A stretch of DNA of 64,000 nucleotides from Eledone cirrhosa (GCA_964016885.1 OZ024766.1:21514001-21578000), one strand, 5' to 3'. Numbered from the stretch's first letter, positions 38,502-50,990 are shown. The notes: generated by a model not told the origin, from the letters alone. Made by a program: numbers and translations.

Positions 38502-39440
38502 CCATGACCACTTTACAGTGTGGACTGGGTGCTGTTTGTTGTGACACCTACATGACCACTTTACAGTGTGGACTGGGTACTTTTTGTTGTGACACCTACA
38601 TGACCACTTTACAGTGTGGACTGGGTACTTTTTGTTGTGACACCTCCATGACCACTTTACAGTGTGGACTGGTTGCTTTTTGTTGTGACACCTACATGAC
38701 CACTTTACAGTGTGGACTGGGTGGTGTTTGTTGTGACACCTACATGACCACTTTACAGTGTGGACTGGGTACCTTTTTGTCGTGACACCTACATGACCAC
38801 TTTACAGTGTGGACTGGGTGCTCTTTGTTGTGACACCTACATGACCACTTTACAGTGTGGACTGGGTGTTGTTTGTCATGACACCTACATGACCACTTTA
38901 CAGTGTGGACTGGGTGCTCTTTGTTGTGAGACCTACATGACCACTTTACAGTGTGGACTGGGTGCTCTTTGTCGTGACACCTACATGACCACTTTACAGT
39001 GTGGACTGGGTGCTTTTTGTTGTGACACCTCCACGACCACTTTACAGTGTGGACTGGGTGCTTTTTGTCGTGACACCTCCACGACCACTTTACAGTGTGG
39101 ACTGGGTGCTTTTTGTCGTGACACCTACATGACCACTTTACAGTGTGGACTGGGTACCTTTTTGTCGTGACACCTCCACGACCACTTTACAGTGGGAGGG
39201 GGTGGGGGCATATTGTCTATATGCTTCAGCTTCGGCCTGAACCCGTGGGAAGTGGGGGTCTTCTGTATTACCTGCGTAACACCAGAGGTCTCGGTCCTGT
39301 GTCATCGCCCTTGAGAGGTGCAATTGAACAAGGTCGGCTTTTATCACCCCATCCCAGGTCTTCTCGGGTCTCCCCCACTCCGCGGCTTCCATCGACTTCT
39401 AGTGCTCTGCACCTTTCTATGCAGCTGTCATCCTTCATAC
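38502..39440. repeat. 49-bp SINE-derived array followed by an RTE 3' remnant
   Basis: atgaccactttacagtgtggactgggt about 14 times; GRPEKTW..VIKADL on the minus strand. Confidence 0.8.
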
Positions 39441-39869
39441 GCATCGCAAGTATGTGCCAGGTAAGTGTGTATGTATTTGCGCGTGTGCGTGCGTGTGTGT
39501 GTGTGTGTGGTGTTTTCGTGTGGTTTAAGCAACCAATAAACATCTCTGTTTTATATTATGTATAAAGTACCAGTAATACACTGAGGTAATTGCTGGCCTT
39601 GTGCCCCCAAAAGCAGAAACAATTATGTATTTGCGTGTGCGTGTGTGTGTGTGTGTGGTTTAACCAACCAATAAACATCTCTGTTTTATATTATGTATAA
39701 AGTACCAGTAATACACTGGGGGTAATTGCTGGCCTTGTGCCAAAAGCAGAAACAATTATTTATAGATACTTTCGTCTGTTTTCAGATGCTGAAGAGGAAA
39801 AAAAGGAAAAAAAGACATTGATGAAATACAAAATAATTGAAAAAAGAAACTTTTTTTACTGAGTGCAAC

Positions 39870-41230
39870 CTTTCACTCACTGGAGTACAGTCTTCTACTT
39901 ACTTGAGTAGTCACCAGGAATTCAACTTTCCACTCACTGGAGTACAGCCTTCTACTTACTTTACTTGAGTAGTCACCAGGAGTTCAACCTTCCACTCACT
40001 GGAGTGCAGCCTACTACTTACTTGAGTAGCCACCAGGAGTTCAACTTTCCACTCACTGGAGTGCAGCCTACTACTTACTTGAGTAGCCACCAGGAGTTCA
40101 ACTTTCCACTCACTGGAGTGCAGCCTACTACTTACTTGAGTAGCCACCAGGAGTTCAACTTTCCACTCACTGGAGTGCAGCCTACTACTTACTTGAGTAG
40201 CTACCTGGAATTCGACTTTCCACTCACTGGAGTACAGCCTACTACTTACTTGAGTAGCTACCTGGAATTCGACTTTCCACTCACTGGAGTACAGCCTACT
40301 ACTTACTTGAGTAGCTACCTGGAATTCGACTTTCCACTCACTGGAGTACAGTTTTTTACTCGCTGGAGAACAGCCTTCTACTTTCTTGAGTAGAATCAGG
40401 AGTTCAACTTTCCACTCACTGGAGTGCAGTCTTTTACTCACTGGAGTACAGCCTTCTACCTTCTTGAGTAGTAATCAGGAGTTCAACTTTCCACTCACTG
40501 GAGTACAGTCTTTTACTCACTGCAATAGCAAATCTCTACTCAGCAGGAGTATCACCCTTTACTCACTTTCTACTTAACAGGAGTGCACGGTTCCACTCAA
40601 TGCACATGAGACTTTCTACTCAGTAAGAGTACAGACTCCTACTCACTGGAGTACAGTCTCTCACTCACTGGAGTTCTGTTTTCTATTCATTGGAGTACAG
40701 TTTTCTACTCACTGGAATACAGTCGCCTACTTACCAAGAGTAGAGTCTTTTCCTCACCAGGAGTGCCACCCTCTACTCACAGGAGTATAACCGTCTACTC
40801 ACACTCTAATTATCTGAGATGTCCCACCTCTTTCCAACAGTTATTTACTGAAATAAAACGGTTTAAAAACTTTTTGAGACCACGCCTACCTCTTTCAGAC
40901 CACGGCCACCTCTTTCAGACCACGCCTTTCTCTTTCAAACAACGCCTACCTCTTTCAGACCACGCCTACCTCTTTCAGACCACGCCTTTCTCTTTCAAAC
41001 AACGCCTTCCTCTTTCAGACCACACCTACCTCTTTCAGACCACACCTACCTCTTTGAGACCACGCCTTTCTCTTTCAAACAACGCCTTCCTCTTTCAGAC
41101 TACACCTTCCTCTTTCAGACGACGCCTGATTCTTTCTGACCACGCCTAACTCTTTCAGACCACGCCTGCCTTTTTCTGACCACGCCTACCTGTTTCTGAC
41201 TATGCTTGTCTCTTCAAGACGACGCCTGCC
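39870..41230 (+). repeat. 59-bp (ttccactcactggagt) and ~20/60-bp (ctttcagaccacgcct) tandem repeats
   Basis: Direct inspection. Confidence 0.85.
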
Positions 41231-41799
41231 TACAATATCCTATCTATAAACTCTTTTTGATAAGTTAAAACCACTTTTCCATAATCAATTACTGAAAGAA
41301 GACAAAAAAACGGTTGTCTAGGCCACGCCTACTCCCACCAGACCACGCCCACTCTCACCAGACCACGCCTACTTCCAGTATCTCATCCATGAATACTCTG
41401 ACAAATCCAGCCTCTTTTCCACACCTATTTACTACTTATGAGAGGCCACGCATACCTCGAATTGATACTAATGAATGGTTCAGCCTCATTTCCATATTGT
41501 TTTTGAGACCACGCCCATGACTGTGTTTGAGAACACACCCACCACTTTGAAGCAACACCCTGCCCCTCCAAAAAAGAAAAGCTATCTGAAACAGTTTGTG
41601 AGAACGTATTCATCTCTCAGACCACACTCTAATATTATTTAAATTTCTTTTTGAGAACACGCCCCCAAAAGACTAGCTGACGTTTTAATACTATTAGGAA
41701 CGCCCACATCTTCCAGGCCACACCTTTTAATACTATTAGGAACACCCACATGCAATTTGTCGCGGACAGCGCTTTAAAGGTTAAGCCAGAAGCAACTAG

Positions 41800-42170
41800 A
41801 CTAAACCAGTTTTGACCAGATAAAAACTGGGCTAAAGCAGTTGAAACCAATTTGAACCAGTTTTCTTCAAACTAGATTAAACTGGTCTAAAGCAGTTGAA
41901 ACCAATTTGAACCAGTTTTCTTCAAACTAGATTAAACTGGTCTAAAGCAGTTGAAACCAATTTGAACCAGTTTTCTTCAAACTAGATTAAACTGGTCTAA
42001 AGCAGTTGAAACCAATTTGAACCAGTTTTCTTCAAACTAGATTAAACTGGTCTACAGCAGTTGAAACCAGTTTGAACCAGTTTTTTTTCAAACTAGATAA
42101 AACTGGTCTAAATTAAATGAGACTAAACTGTACCAGTTAAAACCAGTTTAAACCAGAAGCGACTAGACTA
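41800..42170 (+). repeat. 55-bp tandem repeat immediately upstream of the GPCR ATG
   Basis: aaactggtctaaagcagttgaaaccaatttgaaccagttttcttcaaactagatt, about 5 copies. Confidence 0.85.
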
Positions 42171-42217
42171 AACCGGATTGAAGCTGACTAAAGTTGATGG
42201 GATTAAATTGACTTAAG

Positions 42218-44830
42218 ATGTTGGATTTCAATAGTTCTGATTTTGGTGCCTTGGACTTGACGGCATTCAGTGAGAGCACTATGGTGGTGACTTCACCTAG
42301 CATGCGTCACAGCCTGGGGGATGGAGTCACCGCATCTTCCACCACCACCACCACCACCACCACTGCTGCACCAAGCATCGCCGGTTCGTCGCGCCTGGCG
42401 ACAGGGTTGGCGAGGCTGGGGATGGAGGTGGTGGGGAAGGTTGTCGAGCGGGGGATGGAGAAGATCGGCGGCGGAACAACAACAACAACAACAGCAGCAG
42501 CTGCGGCGGCGCCGGGGGGGAGCGATCACATGGCAAGAGCGACGGCGACGCTGAAGGCGTTGACGGCAGCTGTTGCAGAGACTGTCGCCATGACGACGAC
42601 GACGACGACGACAACAACAACAACAACAGCGGCGACGGCGCCAGCAGCAGCTGTGGTGGTGAATAATTTCCCACCAGGTGCCGCTGCCGCCGCCGCCGCG
42701 GCGAGGGATTTGTACGTGCTGCCGGAGGAGGCGCGCGACAACCTGGAGATGGTGTCGTCGTCGTCGTCGATGGCGCGGGACGACGTGCTCGGCGTTCCGT
42801 TTTTTTTCGACGTGGACGTCGACTCGGTCAACGTGACGTCGGACGACGCCGGCACAGGGGTCGCCGGCGGCGGCGGCTACTCGGAGTACTACGACGACGT
42901 TCTGCTGAACAGTCGAGGGTGGAAGGCCGGCATCGTGGCCGTGTACGCGTTTGTGATCGCGGCGGGCCTCGTCGCCAACCTGCTGGTCGCGTGCGCCATA
43001 CTGCGGCAGAGGCGGCGGCGGCGGCGCCGGAGCAGCCAGCTCCGGGGCGGCGGCGGCGCGGGGACGATAGGGGGCGTCACCAACGTGTTTCTCGTCACCC
43101 TGGCCCTCTCCGATGTGTCGCTCTGCGCCTTCAACCTCCCCTTCCAGCTGCACTACCAGCTCACCGAGAACTGGCTGTTCGGCCGCTGGCTGTGCCACGT
43201 GGTGGCGCCCACCTTCGCCGTGCCGCTGCACGTCTCCGCCGCCTCCATCCTCGCCATTTCCGTCAACCGATACCTCCTCCTGCTCTTCCCCCCGTCGCCC
43301 CCGTCGGCGCCGGCTCCGGCGCCGGTCGCCGCCGCCTCCCGCTCCGCCGCCGCCTCCCGCTCCGCCGCCGCCTCGGCGGCACTTTTGGGCGGTCCCTCGT
43401 CGCACTGTCGTCGGCCCGCGCCGCCGCCCTCCTCCTCCTCCTCCTTCATCCCGCTCTCGCTGGGGCGGTGCCTTTTCGGCGGTGACGGGCGCGGCAAGAA
43501 CGGCACGCGTTGTAGCGGCGGCGGCGGCGGGAATAGTAATAGCGGCGGTTGTAGTCGTGGCAGCGGTGGCGCCGCCGCCGCCGCACGTGGTGACGCAGAC
43601 GCGGCTCTTTGCGGTAGTAACGGGGGCGGCGGCGGTGGTGGGGCTGGTATCGTAGGCAGGAGCAAAACCAGCGGGGTTTCTTCCCCCGCCACTCCGCCCA
43701 CCACCACCACCACCCCGGCCGTTTCTTCGCTGCTCTTGCAGCCTTCGGCGCATTTCCCCTCATCAGGGGCAACAACAACGACGACGACGACGTCGTCGGC
43801 TGATGGCGCCGAGCGGATTTTATCGTCGTCCTGGGCGCGGCGGGAGCGTGCCGCCATCATCATCGTCGGGGCGATACTGGTCGTCTCCTTTGTGCCTTCG
43901 ATTCCCCTCATAGTGTTCGCCAACCTCTACGCCCTGCCGCACTCCCCCGCGCCGGCCTCGCTCCCGTCCGACATCTCGTCCGCCGCGTCGTCGTCGTCGG
44001 GCGTCGCCGCCGTCTCTGTGGCCAGCGTGCACCGCACGCACTTCGTCTACTGCGGCGAGGCCTGGCCGTCCGTCACGCTTCGGCGCGTCTACCGCGCCAC
44101 CGTGTTCGCCGTGCAGTTCTGCGTCCCGCTGCTACTCAGCGTCGCCATACACGTCCGCGTGCACCTCGTGGTGCAGAAATGCGCCTTCAAGAAGCAGCAG
44201 CAGCTGTTGTTGCACCACAGCCAACAGCAAAAGCAACACAGCGAGATCACTGCGCGTCGCCGACAGCGAACGGACCGCGCCCTGGCCGCCATATTGGTCA
44301 TCTTCACGGTCTGCTGGTTCCCGTGGAATCTGTTCGTCCTGCTCGACGAGTTCGACTACGAGCTGGTCCGCAGCAAATACTTCAAGCTCACCGACCTCCT
44401 GCTCAAGATCTTCGCCATCAGTTCCGCCTGCGTGAAGCCGGTGCTCTACGCGTGGCTGAACGGCAGCTTCCGGAAGGAGGTCAACGGCTTCCTGCTCGCC
44501 GCCGCAAATGCGCTCGTGCGCAGCAGGTGTTGTTTCTGGTGCACCCCCAGCTGCACAGCCAGGTGCGGCAACGTCTGCTGTTGCTGCTGCGGCGGCGGCG
44601 GCGGCGGCGGCGGCGGCGTTCGATGCAACAAACACAAGAGATGCGTCTTCAACAACGACGACGATGACGATGATGATGATGATGATGGCGGCGGCGGCGG
44701 CAATTATGTCGTCGACGACGACTGCTTTCCGACGAAGGAGGGCCACACACTTTTGGACACCCCGGCGCCCTCCTCCACCGTTTGGGCCAGCTCGGCCCTC
44801 ACCGAAAACACCACCACAGATTTCTGCTGA
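42218..44830 (+). CDS. Rhodopsin-class neuropeptide GPCR (NPY/PrRP/sNPF receptor-like), uninterrupted ORF
   Basis: Seven hydrophobic helices: TM2 TNVFLVTLALSD, ECL1 WLFGRWLC, TM3 ..NRY, ECL2 CGEAWP, TM5 VQFCVP, TM6 FTVCWFP, TM7 CVKPVLYAWLN.SFRKE. Confidence 0.9.
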   Translation: MLDFNSSDFGALDLTAFSESTMVVTSPSMRHSLGDGVTASSTTTTTTTTAAPSIAGSSRLATGLARLGMEVVGKVVERGMEKIGGGTTTTTTAAAAAAPGGSDHMARATATLKALTAAVAETVAMTTTTTTTTTTTTAATAPAAAVVVNNFPPGAAAAAAAARDLYVLPEEARDNLEMVSSSSSMARDDVLGVPFFFDVDVDSVNVTSDDAGTGVAGGGGYSEYYDDVLLNSRGWKAGIVAVYAFVIAAGLVANLLVACAILRQRRRRRRRSSQLRGGGGAGTIGGVTNVFLVTLALSDVSLCAFNLPFQLHYQLTENWLFGRWLCHVVAPTFAVPLHVSAASILAISVNRYLLLLFPPSPPSAPAPAPVAAASRSAAASRSAAASAALLGGPSSHCRRPAPPPSSSSSFIPLSLGRCLFGGDGRGKNGTRCSGGGGGNSNSGGCSRGSGGAAAAARGDADAALCGSNGGGGGGGAGIVGRSKTSGVSSPATPPTTTTTPAVSSLLLQPSAHFPSSGATTTTTTTSSADGAERILSSSWARRERAAIIIVGAILVVSFVPSIPLIVFANLYALPHSPAPASLPSDISSAASSSSGVAAVSVASVHRTHFVYCGEAWPSVTLRRVYRATVFAVQFCVPLLLSVAIHVRVHLVVQKCAFKKQQQLLLHHSQQQKQHSEITARRRQRTDRALAAILVIFTVCWFPWNLFVLLDEFDYELVRSKYFKLTDLLLKIFAISSACVKPVLYAWLNGSFRKEVNGFLLAAANALVRSRCCFWCTPSCTARCGNVCCCCCGGGGGGGGGVRCNKHKRCVFNNDDDDDDDDDDGGGGGNYVVDDDCFPTKEGHTLLDTPAPSSTVWASSALTENTTTDFC

Positions 44831-44869
44831 CCCCCCCCCCCTCCTTCAAACCCGCTCGCCTCTGACGGT

Positions 44870-46200
44870 TTTGACCTCTGACCTCTGGCCAGCCGACTCT
44901 GTTTATCGGTGACCTATGACCTCCGACCTCCCGTCCCGACCGTGTTTATTGGTGACCTATGACCTCCGACCTCCCGACTGTGTTTATTGGTGACCTATGA
45001 CCTCCGACCTCCCGACTGTTTATTGGTGACCTATGACCTCCCGACTGTTTATTCGTGACCTATGACCTCCGACCTCCCGACTGTGTTTATTGGTGACCTA
45101 TGACCTCCGACCTCCCGACCGTTTATTGGTGACCTATGACCTCCGACCTCCCGACTGTTTATTGGTGACCTATGACCTCCCGACTGTTTATTCGTGACCT
45201 ATGACCTCCGACCTCCCGACTGTGTTTATTGGTGACCTATGACCTCCGACCTCCCGACCGTTTATTGGTGACCTATGACCTCCGACCTCCCGACTGTTTA
45301 TTGGTGACCTATGACCTCCCGACTGTTTATTCGTGACCTATGACCTCCGACCTCCCGACTGTGTTTATTGGTGACCTATGACCTCCGACCTCCCGACCGT
45401 TTATTGGTGACCTATGACCTCCGACCTCCCGACTGTTTATTGGTGACCTATGACCTCCCGACTGTGTTTATTGGTGACCTATGACCTCCGACCTCCCGAC
45501 TGTGTTTATTGGTGACCTATGACCTCCCGACTGTGTTTATTCGTGACCTATGACCTCCGACCTCCTGACGACTGTGGTCTGGTCATTCATGACCTCTGAC
45601 CTACTGTCTGTGTTAATGGATGACCTCCAACCTCTGACCTCCTGACTCTGTTCATTGATGACTTTGACCTCCTGACCCGATAACCCACTGACCTTGTTCA
45701 TTGATCACTGCTGACATCTGACCTGATAACCTACTGACCCAATGATTGTGGTCGTTGATGACCTCCTGACCCGAAGATCTCTGACCTACTGCCTGTGTTC
45801 ATCCATGACCTGTGGGCCTGTCACATGACACAGTCTGCTGACCTCGGACCTGATAACCTACTGACCCGACGACCTCTGACCTACTGCCTGTGTTCATTGA
45901 TGACCTGTGACCCGACGACCTCTGACCTACTGCCTGTGTTCATCGATGACCTGTGACCCGACGACCTCTGACCTACTGCCTGTGTTCATTGATGACCTGT
46001 GACCCGACGACCTCTGACCTACTGCCTGTGTTCATCGATGACCTGTGACCCGACGACCTCTGACCTCCAGCCTGTGTTCATCGATGACCTCTGACCTACT
46101 GGCTGTGTTCATCGATGATTTGTGACCCGAACCCGAGGACCTGTCTGTCACATGACAGCGTTAATCGCTGGTCAGCTGACCTCTGACCTCTTCACCTGAC
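44870..46200 (+). repeat. GACCT-based minisatellites (~35-bp and 41-bp) in the probable GPCR 3' UTR
   Basis: tgtttattggtgacctatgacctccgacctcccgac; ctactgcctgtgttcatcgatgacctgtgacccgacgacctctgac; AATAAA near 47057. Confidence 0.85.
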
Positions 46201-46289
46201 AATCTGCTCACCTGTGATATTACGCAGTGTTTTTAGATGACCTCTAACTCCCTACCAAAATTCTTCACGTTCTACTCCCCCTTGACGCC

Positions 46290-46975
46290 AATCCTTCTGC
46301 CACACTACTAAGCTCCCCCCCGAAATATGTTGCTTTGCGTCTACTATACTCTTACTACCAATCCTTCTGCCACACATCCAGATCCCACTGTAATATGTTA
46401 CTTTGTGCCTCCTTTATCCTTGCAACCAATCCTTCTATCACTCTACTAAGCTCCCACTGAAATATGTTGCTTTGTGCCTCATTTATCCTTGCAACCAATC
46501 CTTCTGCCACACATCCAGATCCCACTGAAATATGTTGCTTTGTGCCTCGTTTATTCTTGCAACCAATCCTTCTGCCACACCTCCAGATCCCACTGAAATA
46601 TGTTGCTTTGTGCCTCGTTTATTCTTGCAACCAATCCTTCTGCCACACCTCCAGATCCCACTGAAATATGTTGCTTTGTGCCTCGTTTATTCTTGCAACC
46701 AATCCTTCTGCCACACCTCCAGATCCCACTGAAATATGTTGCTTTGTGCCTCGTTTATCCTTGCAACCATTCCTTCTGCCACACCTCCAGATCCCACTGA
46801 AATATGTTGCTTTGTGCCTCATTTATCCTTGCAACCAATCCTTCTGCCACACCTCCAGATCCCACTGAAATATGTTGCTTTGTGCCTCCTTTATCCTTGC
46901 AACCAATCCTTCTGACACACCTCAGATCCCACTGAAATATGTTACTTTCTATCCAATCTATCCTTGCTACCAATC
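46290..46975 (+). repeat. 68-bp tandem repeat
   Basis: ccaatccttctgccacacctccagatcccactgaaatatgttgctttgtgcctc. Confidence 0.9.
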
Positions 46976-47199
46976 CAACCTACCACACCACCAAGCCTCG
47001 CTCCCCATGGAACGTGTAACCTTGTGCCTGGTCGATTTCTTGTCAGACTGCCTTTCAATAAAAAGTTGTCCTGAGTTCAGACCCCCAACATTCCCCCACA
47101 AGAAATATTTTGCCTTTTCACTCATCCCCCTTTCTCGCTGGGCTCCTTACAATTTCATAGCGTTTCCCTCTTGTGCCTCATTTACAAGTTACCATTATA

Positions 47200-48225
47200 A
47201 TGGAGGTGTGTGCCCTAGTGGTAAGGGGACTGGACTTATGATCATAGTGTTGTGGGTTCAGTTCCTGGACTGGGTTGCATATGTTGTGTTCTTGAGCAAA
47301 ATACTTCATTTCACGTTGCTCCAGTATACTCAGCTGAAAATGAGTACCAGTAATATCTGGGGTTTAACCCTGTGATGGACTGGCGTCCTGTCCAGGGGAA
47401 GTCTTGTACTCTCAGTCGCTTCACGCCATGAAACCGGGATAAGTACCGGCCAAATGAGGTTTCTGGCTGCTTAAGATAGACTTTAACCCTGTGATGGACT
47501 AGCGTCCTGTCCAGGGGGAGTCTTGTACTCTCAGTCGCTTCACGCCATGAAACCGGGATAAGTACCGGCCAAATGAGGTTTCTGGCTGCTTAAGATAGAC
47601 TTTAACCCTGTGATGGACTAGCGTCCTGTCCAGGGGGAGTCTTGTGGTCTCAGTCGCTTCACGCCATGAAACCGGGATAAGTACCGGCCAAATGAGGTTT
47701 CTGGCTGCTTAAGATAGACTTTAACCCTGTGATGGACTAGCGTCCTGTCCAGGGGGAGTCTTGTACTCTCAGTCGCTTCACGCCATGAAACCGGGATAAG
47801 TACCGGCCAAATGAGGTTTCTGGCTGCTTAAGATAGACTTTAACCCTGTGATGGACTAGCGTCCTGTCCAGGGGGAGTCTTGTGGTCTCAGTCGCTTCAC
47901 GCCATGAAACCGGGATAAGTACCGGCCAAATGAGGTTTCTGGCTGCTAAAGATAGACTTTAACCCTGTGATGGACTAGCGTCCTGTCCAGGGGGAGTCTT
48001 GTGGTCTCAGTCGCTTCACGCCATGAAACCGGGATAAGAACCGGCGAAAAGAGCCTTCTGGCTAGAGACAGACTATAACTTAACATTTTATATGTACTTT
48101 ACATAACCCTGTGATGGACTGGTATCCTGTCCAGGGGGAAGTTTTGTAATCTGTGTCACTTCACTCCAAGAAACTGGGATAAGCACCGGTCAAACAAGCC
48201 TTCTGGCTTAGGACAGACTTTACAT
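47200..48225 (+). mobile_element. tRNA-derived SINE (Meta/V-SINE-like body) with its ~120-bp 3' part amplified about 7 times
   Basis: A-box-like tagtggtaag, B-box-like gggttcagttcc, then aaccctgtgatggactagcgtcctgtccaggggg units. Confidence 0.75.
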
Positions 48226-48470
48226 CCTTTAGAATCGGAAGAGCGTTGGACAACATCGTCCATGGCATAGAGTTATGGCCCTTTACGTTCTGAGTTGTTG
48301 GTGTGGCTTCTTGTGGGGTGGGGGTGGGTATGTAATTTCTTCCTGCTTCGTTGTAACCTATGACTATGCAGGGACAAGGTGCACGAGCAGTTACCTTCAG
48401 TCCCCTGGGGGTAGGGCAGGTCAAGTATGTGTCATGAGAGCATTTCATTCACAGGAAGCGATGCATGCTT

Positions 48471-48519
<49 letters not shown>

Positions 48520-48625
48520 GTATATATATGTATATATATATATATATAGAAGAGGTTCTACAGGACTAGAACTGTTTCATTCGTGAGAAATCATCAGATA
48601 GCTTATATATATGTGTATATATATG

Positions 48626-48660
<35 letters not shown>

Positions 48661-48721
48661 GTGTATGTGTATATATATTTATATGTATATATATTATATA
48701 TATATATGTATATATATTATA

Positions 48722-48788
<67 letters not shown>

Positions 48789-49122
48789 TATATATATATG
48801 TGTATATACATATATATACACATGTATATATATATATATACACATACACATATACATATATATACACATGTATGTATATATATATATATATAAATGACTT
48901 CTACAGGACTAGGACTGTTTCATTCGAATGAAACAGTCCTAGTCCTGTAGAAGTCATTTCTATATAAAATTTGTTGTACACACTCTATTAATGTATTGAG
49001 TACTTTACTTACTGTGGTTACCCCTGAATTACACACACGCACACGCACATATATATATATATATAATATATATATATTTTTTTACACACACATACAAAGC
49101 TAGAGAGGGTGAGAACTATATA

Positions 49123-49169
<47 letters not shown>

Positions 49170-49184
49170 ATATATTTATAGATG

Positions 49185-49235
49185 AGATTCTACAGGACTA
49201 GAACTGTTTCATTCATTAGAAATCATCAGGAATCT
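49185..49235 (-). ncRNA. Type I hammerhead ribozyme (left arm of inverted repeat)
   Basis: Exact reverse complement of 49795-49845. Confidence 0.75.
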
Positions 49236-49794
49236 GGGTATCAAAAAATAAATATGGTATTTATAGGTCTCTACAAGTGGTAGGAGAGGGTGGGGAGTGG
49301 GATGGGTGCAGGTCATTGGTTGATAGAAAAGGGAATTCATTAAAAGCTAATTCTACAAAGCTATAGTTTATTTTTATTTTTATTTATATTTATTTATGTT
49401 TTTAGAGTAACAAGGGCAGACAGAATTCTATAAACAGGTTCCGGATGGCATACCATTCCTTGTCAATAAGTTTCTCTTAAGCTAACAGATGTCTATAAAA
49501 TCAGTGGGGGGTCAGTCATGCTCGATAGAATTAAAGAAAAGGGAGATTCTTAAGAGAAACTTATTGACAAGGAATGGTATGCCATCCGGAACCTGTTTAT
49601 AGAATTCTGTCTGCCTTTGTTACTCTAAAAACATAAATAAATATAAATAAAAATAAAAATAAACTATAGCTTTGTAGAATTAGCTTTTAATGAATTCCCT
49701 TTTCTATCAACCAATGACCTACACCCATCCCACTCCCCACCCTCTCCTACTACTTGTAGAGACCTATAAATACCATATTTATTTTTTGATACCC

Positions 49795-49845
49795 AGATTC
49801 CTGATGATTTCTAATGAATGAAACAGTTCTAGTCCTGTAGAATCT
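49795..49845 (+). ncRNA. Type I hammerhead ribozyme (right arm of inverted repeat)
   Basis: agattc-CTGATGA-t-ttc/taat/gaa-t-GAAA-CAG ttctagtc CTG-TA-gaatct; stem I agattc/gaatct is perfect; GUA cleavage triplet. Confidence 0.8.
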
Positions 49846-49958
49846 CATCTATATTAAAACTGTTATACTCTGCTATGTATTGAGTACCTTACTTACTGTG
49901 GTTACCTCCGATTCAACCCGGAATAACGTATATATATATTTATATATATGTATATATT

Positions 49959-50015
<57 letters not shown>

Positions 50016-50214
50016 AGAGAGAGAAATAAACTGTTGGCAGATTACACTGACTTCTGACATAAACTTTACATAAATAATATTATACCTTTCTTTCTCAACA
50101 AATTTTTTTCCTTCTTACTTTTTAATATATTTCAAACATTTTGAATAAAAGCATTTTGAACTATTTTGAAAAATGTTGTGTGTTTATTATCATATGTGTT
50201 GTGGACAGGCGGGC

Positions 50215-50990
50215 ATAAAAACTGGGGATAAGAGGAATCAGATGTAGTGTGTAAGAGAGAAGACTGCACTGGTATGGACATGTGGTGTGTATGGATGGTG
50301 ATTGTTTGGTGAAGAAGTGTCAGGAGTTCCCAGTGGAAGGAAGCTGCAGTAGAGGAAGACCTGGGTATAAGAGGAGACTGCACTGGTATAGACATGTGGT
50401 GTGTATGGATGGTGATTGTTGGGTGAAGAAGTGTCAGGAGTTCCCTGTGGAAGGAAGCTGCAGTAGAGGAAGACCTGGGTATAAGAGAAGACTGCACTGG
50501 TATAGACATGTGGTGTGTATGGATGGTGATTGTTTGGTGAAGAAGTGTCAGGAGTTCCCAGTGGAAGGAAGCTGCAGTAGAGGAAGACCTGGGTATAAGA
50601 GAAGACTGCACTGGTATAGACATGTGATGTGTATGGATGGTGGTTGTTGGGTGAAGAAGTGTCAGGAGTTCCCTGTGGAAGGAAACTGCAGTAGAGGAAG
50701 ACCTGGGTGTACGAGGAATCAGAAGACCTGGGTATAAGAGAAGACTGCACTGGTATAGACATGTGATGTGTATGGAGGGTGATTGTTGGGTGAAGAAGTG
50801 TCAGGAGTTCCCTGTGGAAGGAAGCTGCAGTAGAGGAAGACCTGGGTATAAGAGGAATCAGATGTAGTGTGTAGGAGAGAAGACTGAGCTGGTATAGACA
50901 TGTGATGTGTATGGATGGTGATTGTTGGGTGAAGAAGTGTCAGGAGTTCCCAGTGGAAGGAAGCTGCAGTAGAGGAAGACCTGGGAGACC
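50215..50990 (+). mobile_element. RTE 3' fragment amplified as ~117-bp tandem units
   Basis: RRLHWYRHV.CMDGDCWVKKCQEFPVEGSCSRGRP; single copy at 10715-10850. Confidence 0.8.

Larger units (their letters stand above)
48550..49925. mobile_element. Cluster of Penelope-like fragments with inverted ends
   Basis: Shared ttctacaggactag.actgtttcattc motif at 48556, 48899, 49188 and in reverse; shared tail atgtattgagtac.ttacttactgtggttac. Confidence 0.7.

Noticed and set aside
39400-39800. Donor at 39461 and acceptor at 39785 as GPCR 5' UTR exons
   Set aside because: Plausible, but the donor lies in a LINE remnant and cannot be supported without transcripts
42293-44912. Overlapping and antisense ORFs over the GPCR (also over 14158-15273 and TXNDC9)
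   Set aside because: Expected stop-poor shadows of high-GC coding sequence
45880-46120. Tandem repeat containing tgatga as a possible retrozyme
   Set aside because: No CUGANGA plus GAAA with compatible stems
47200-47275. tRNA-like sequences here and at 4838, 21790, 30320, 51510 and 59570
   Set aside because: SINE heads; no intact cloverleaf
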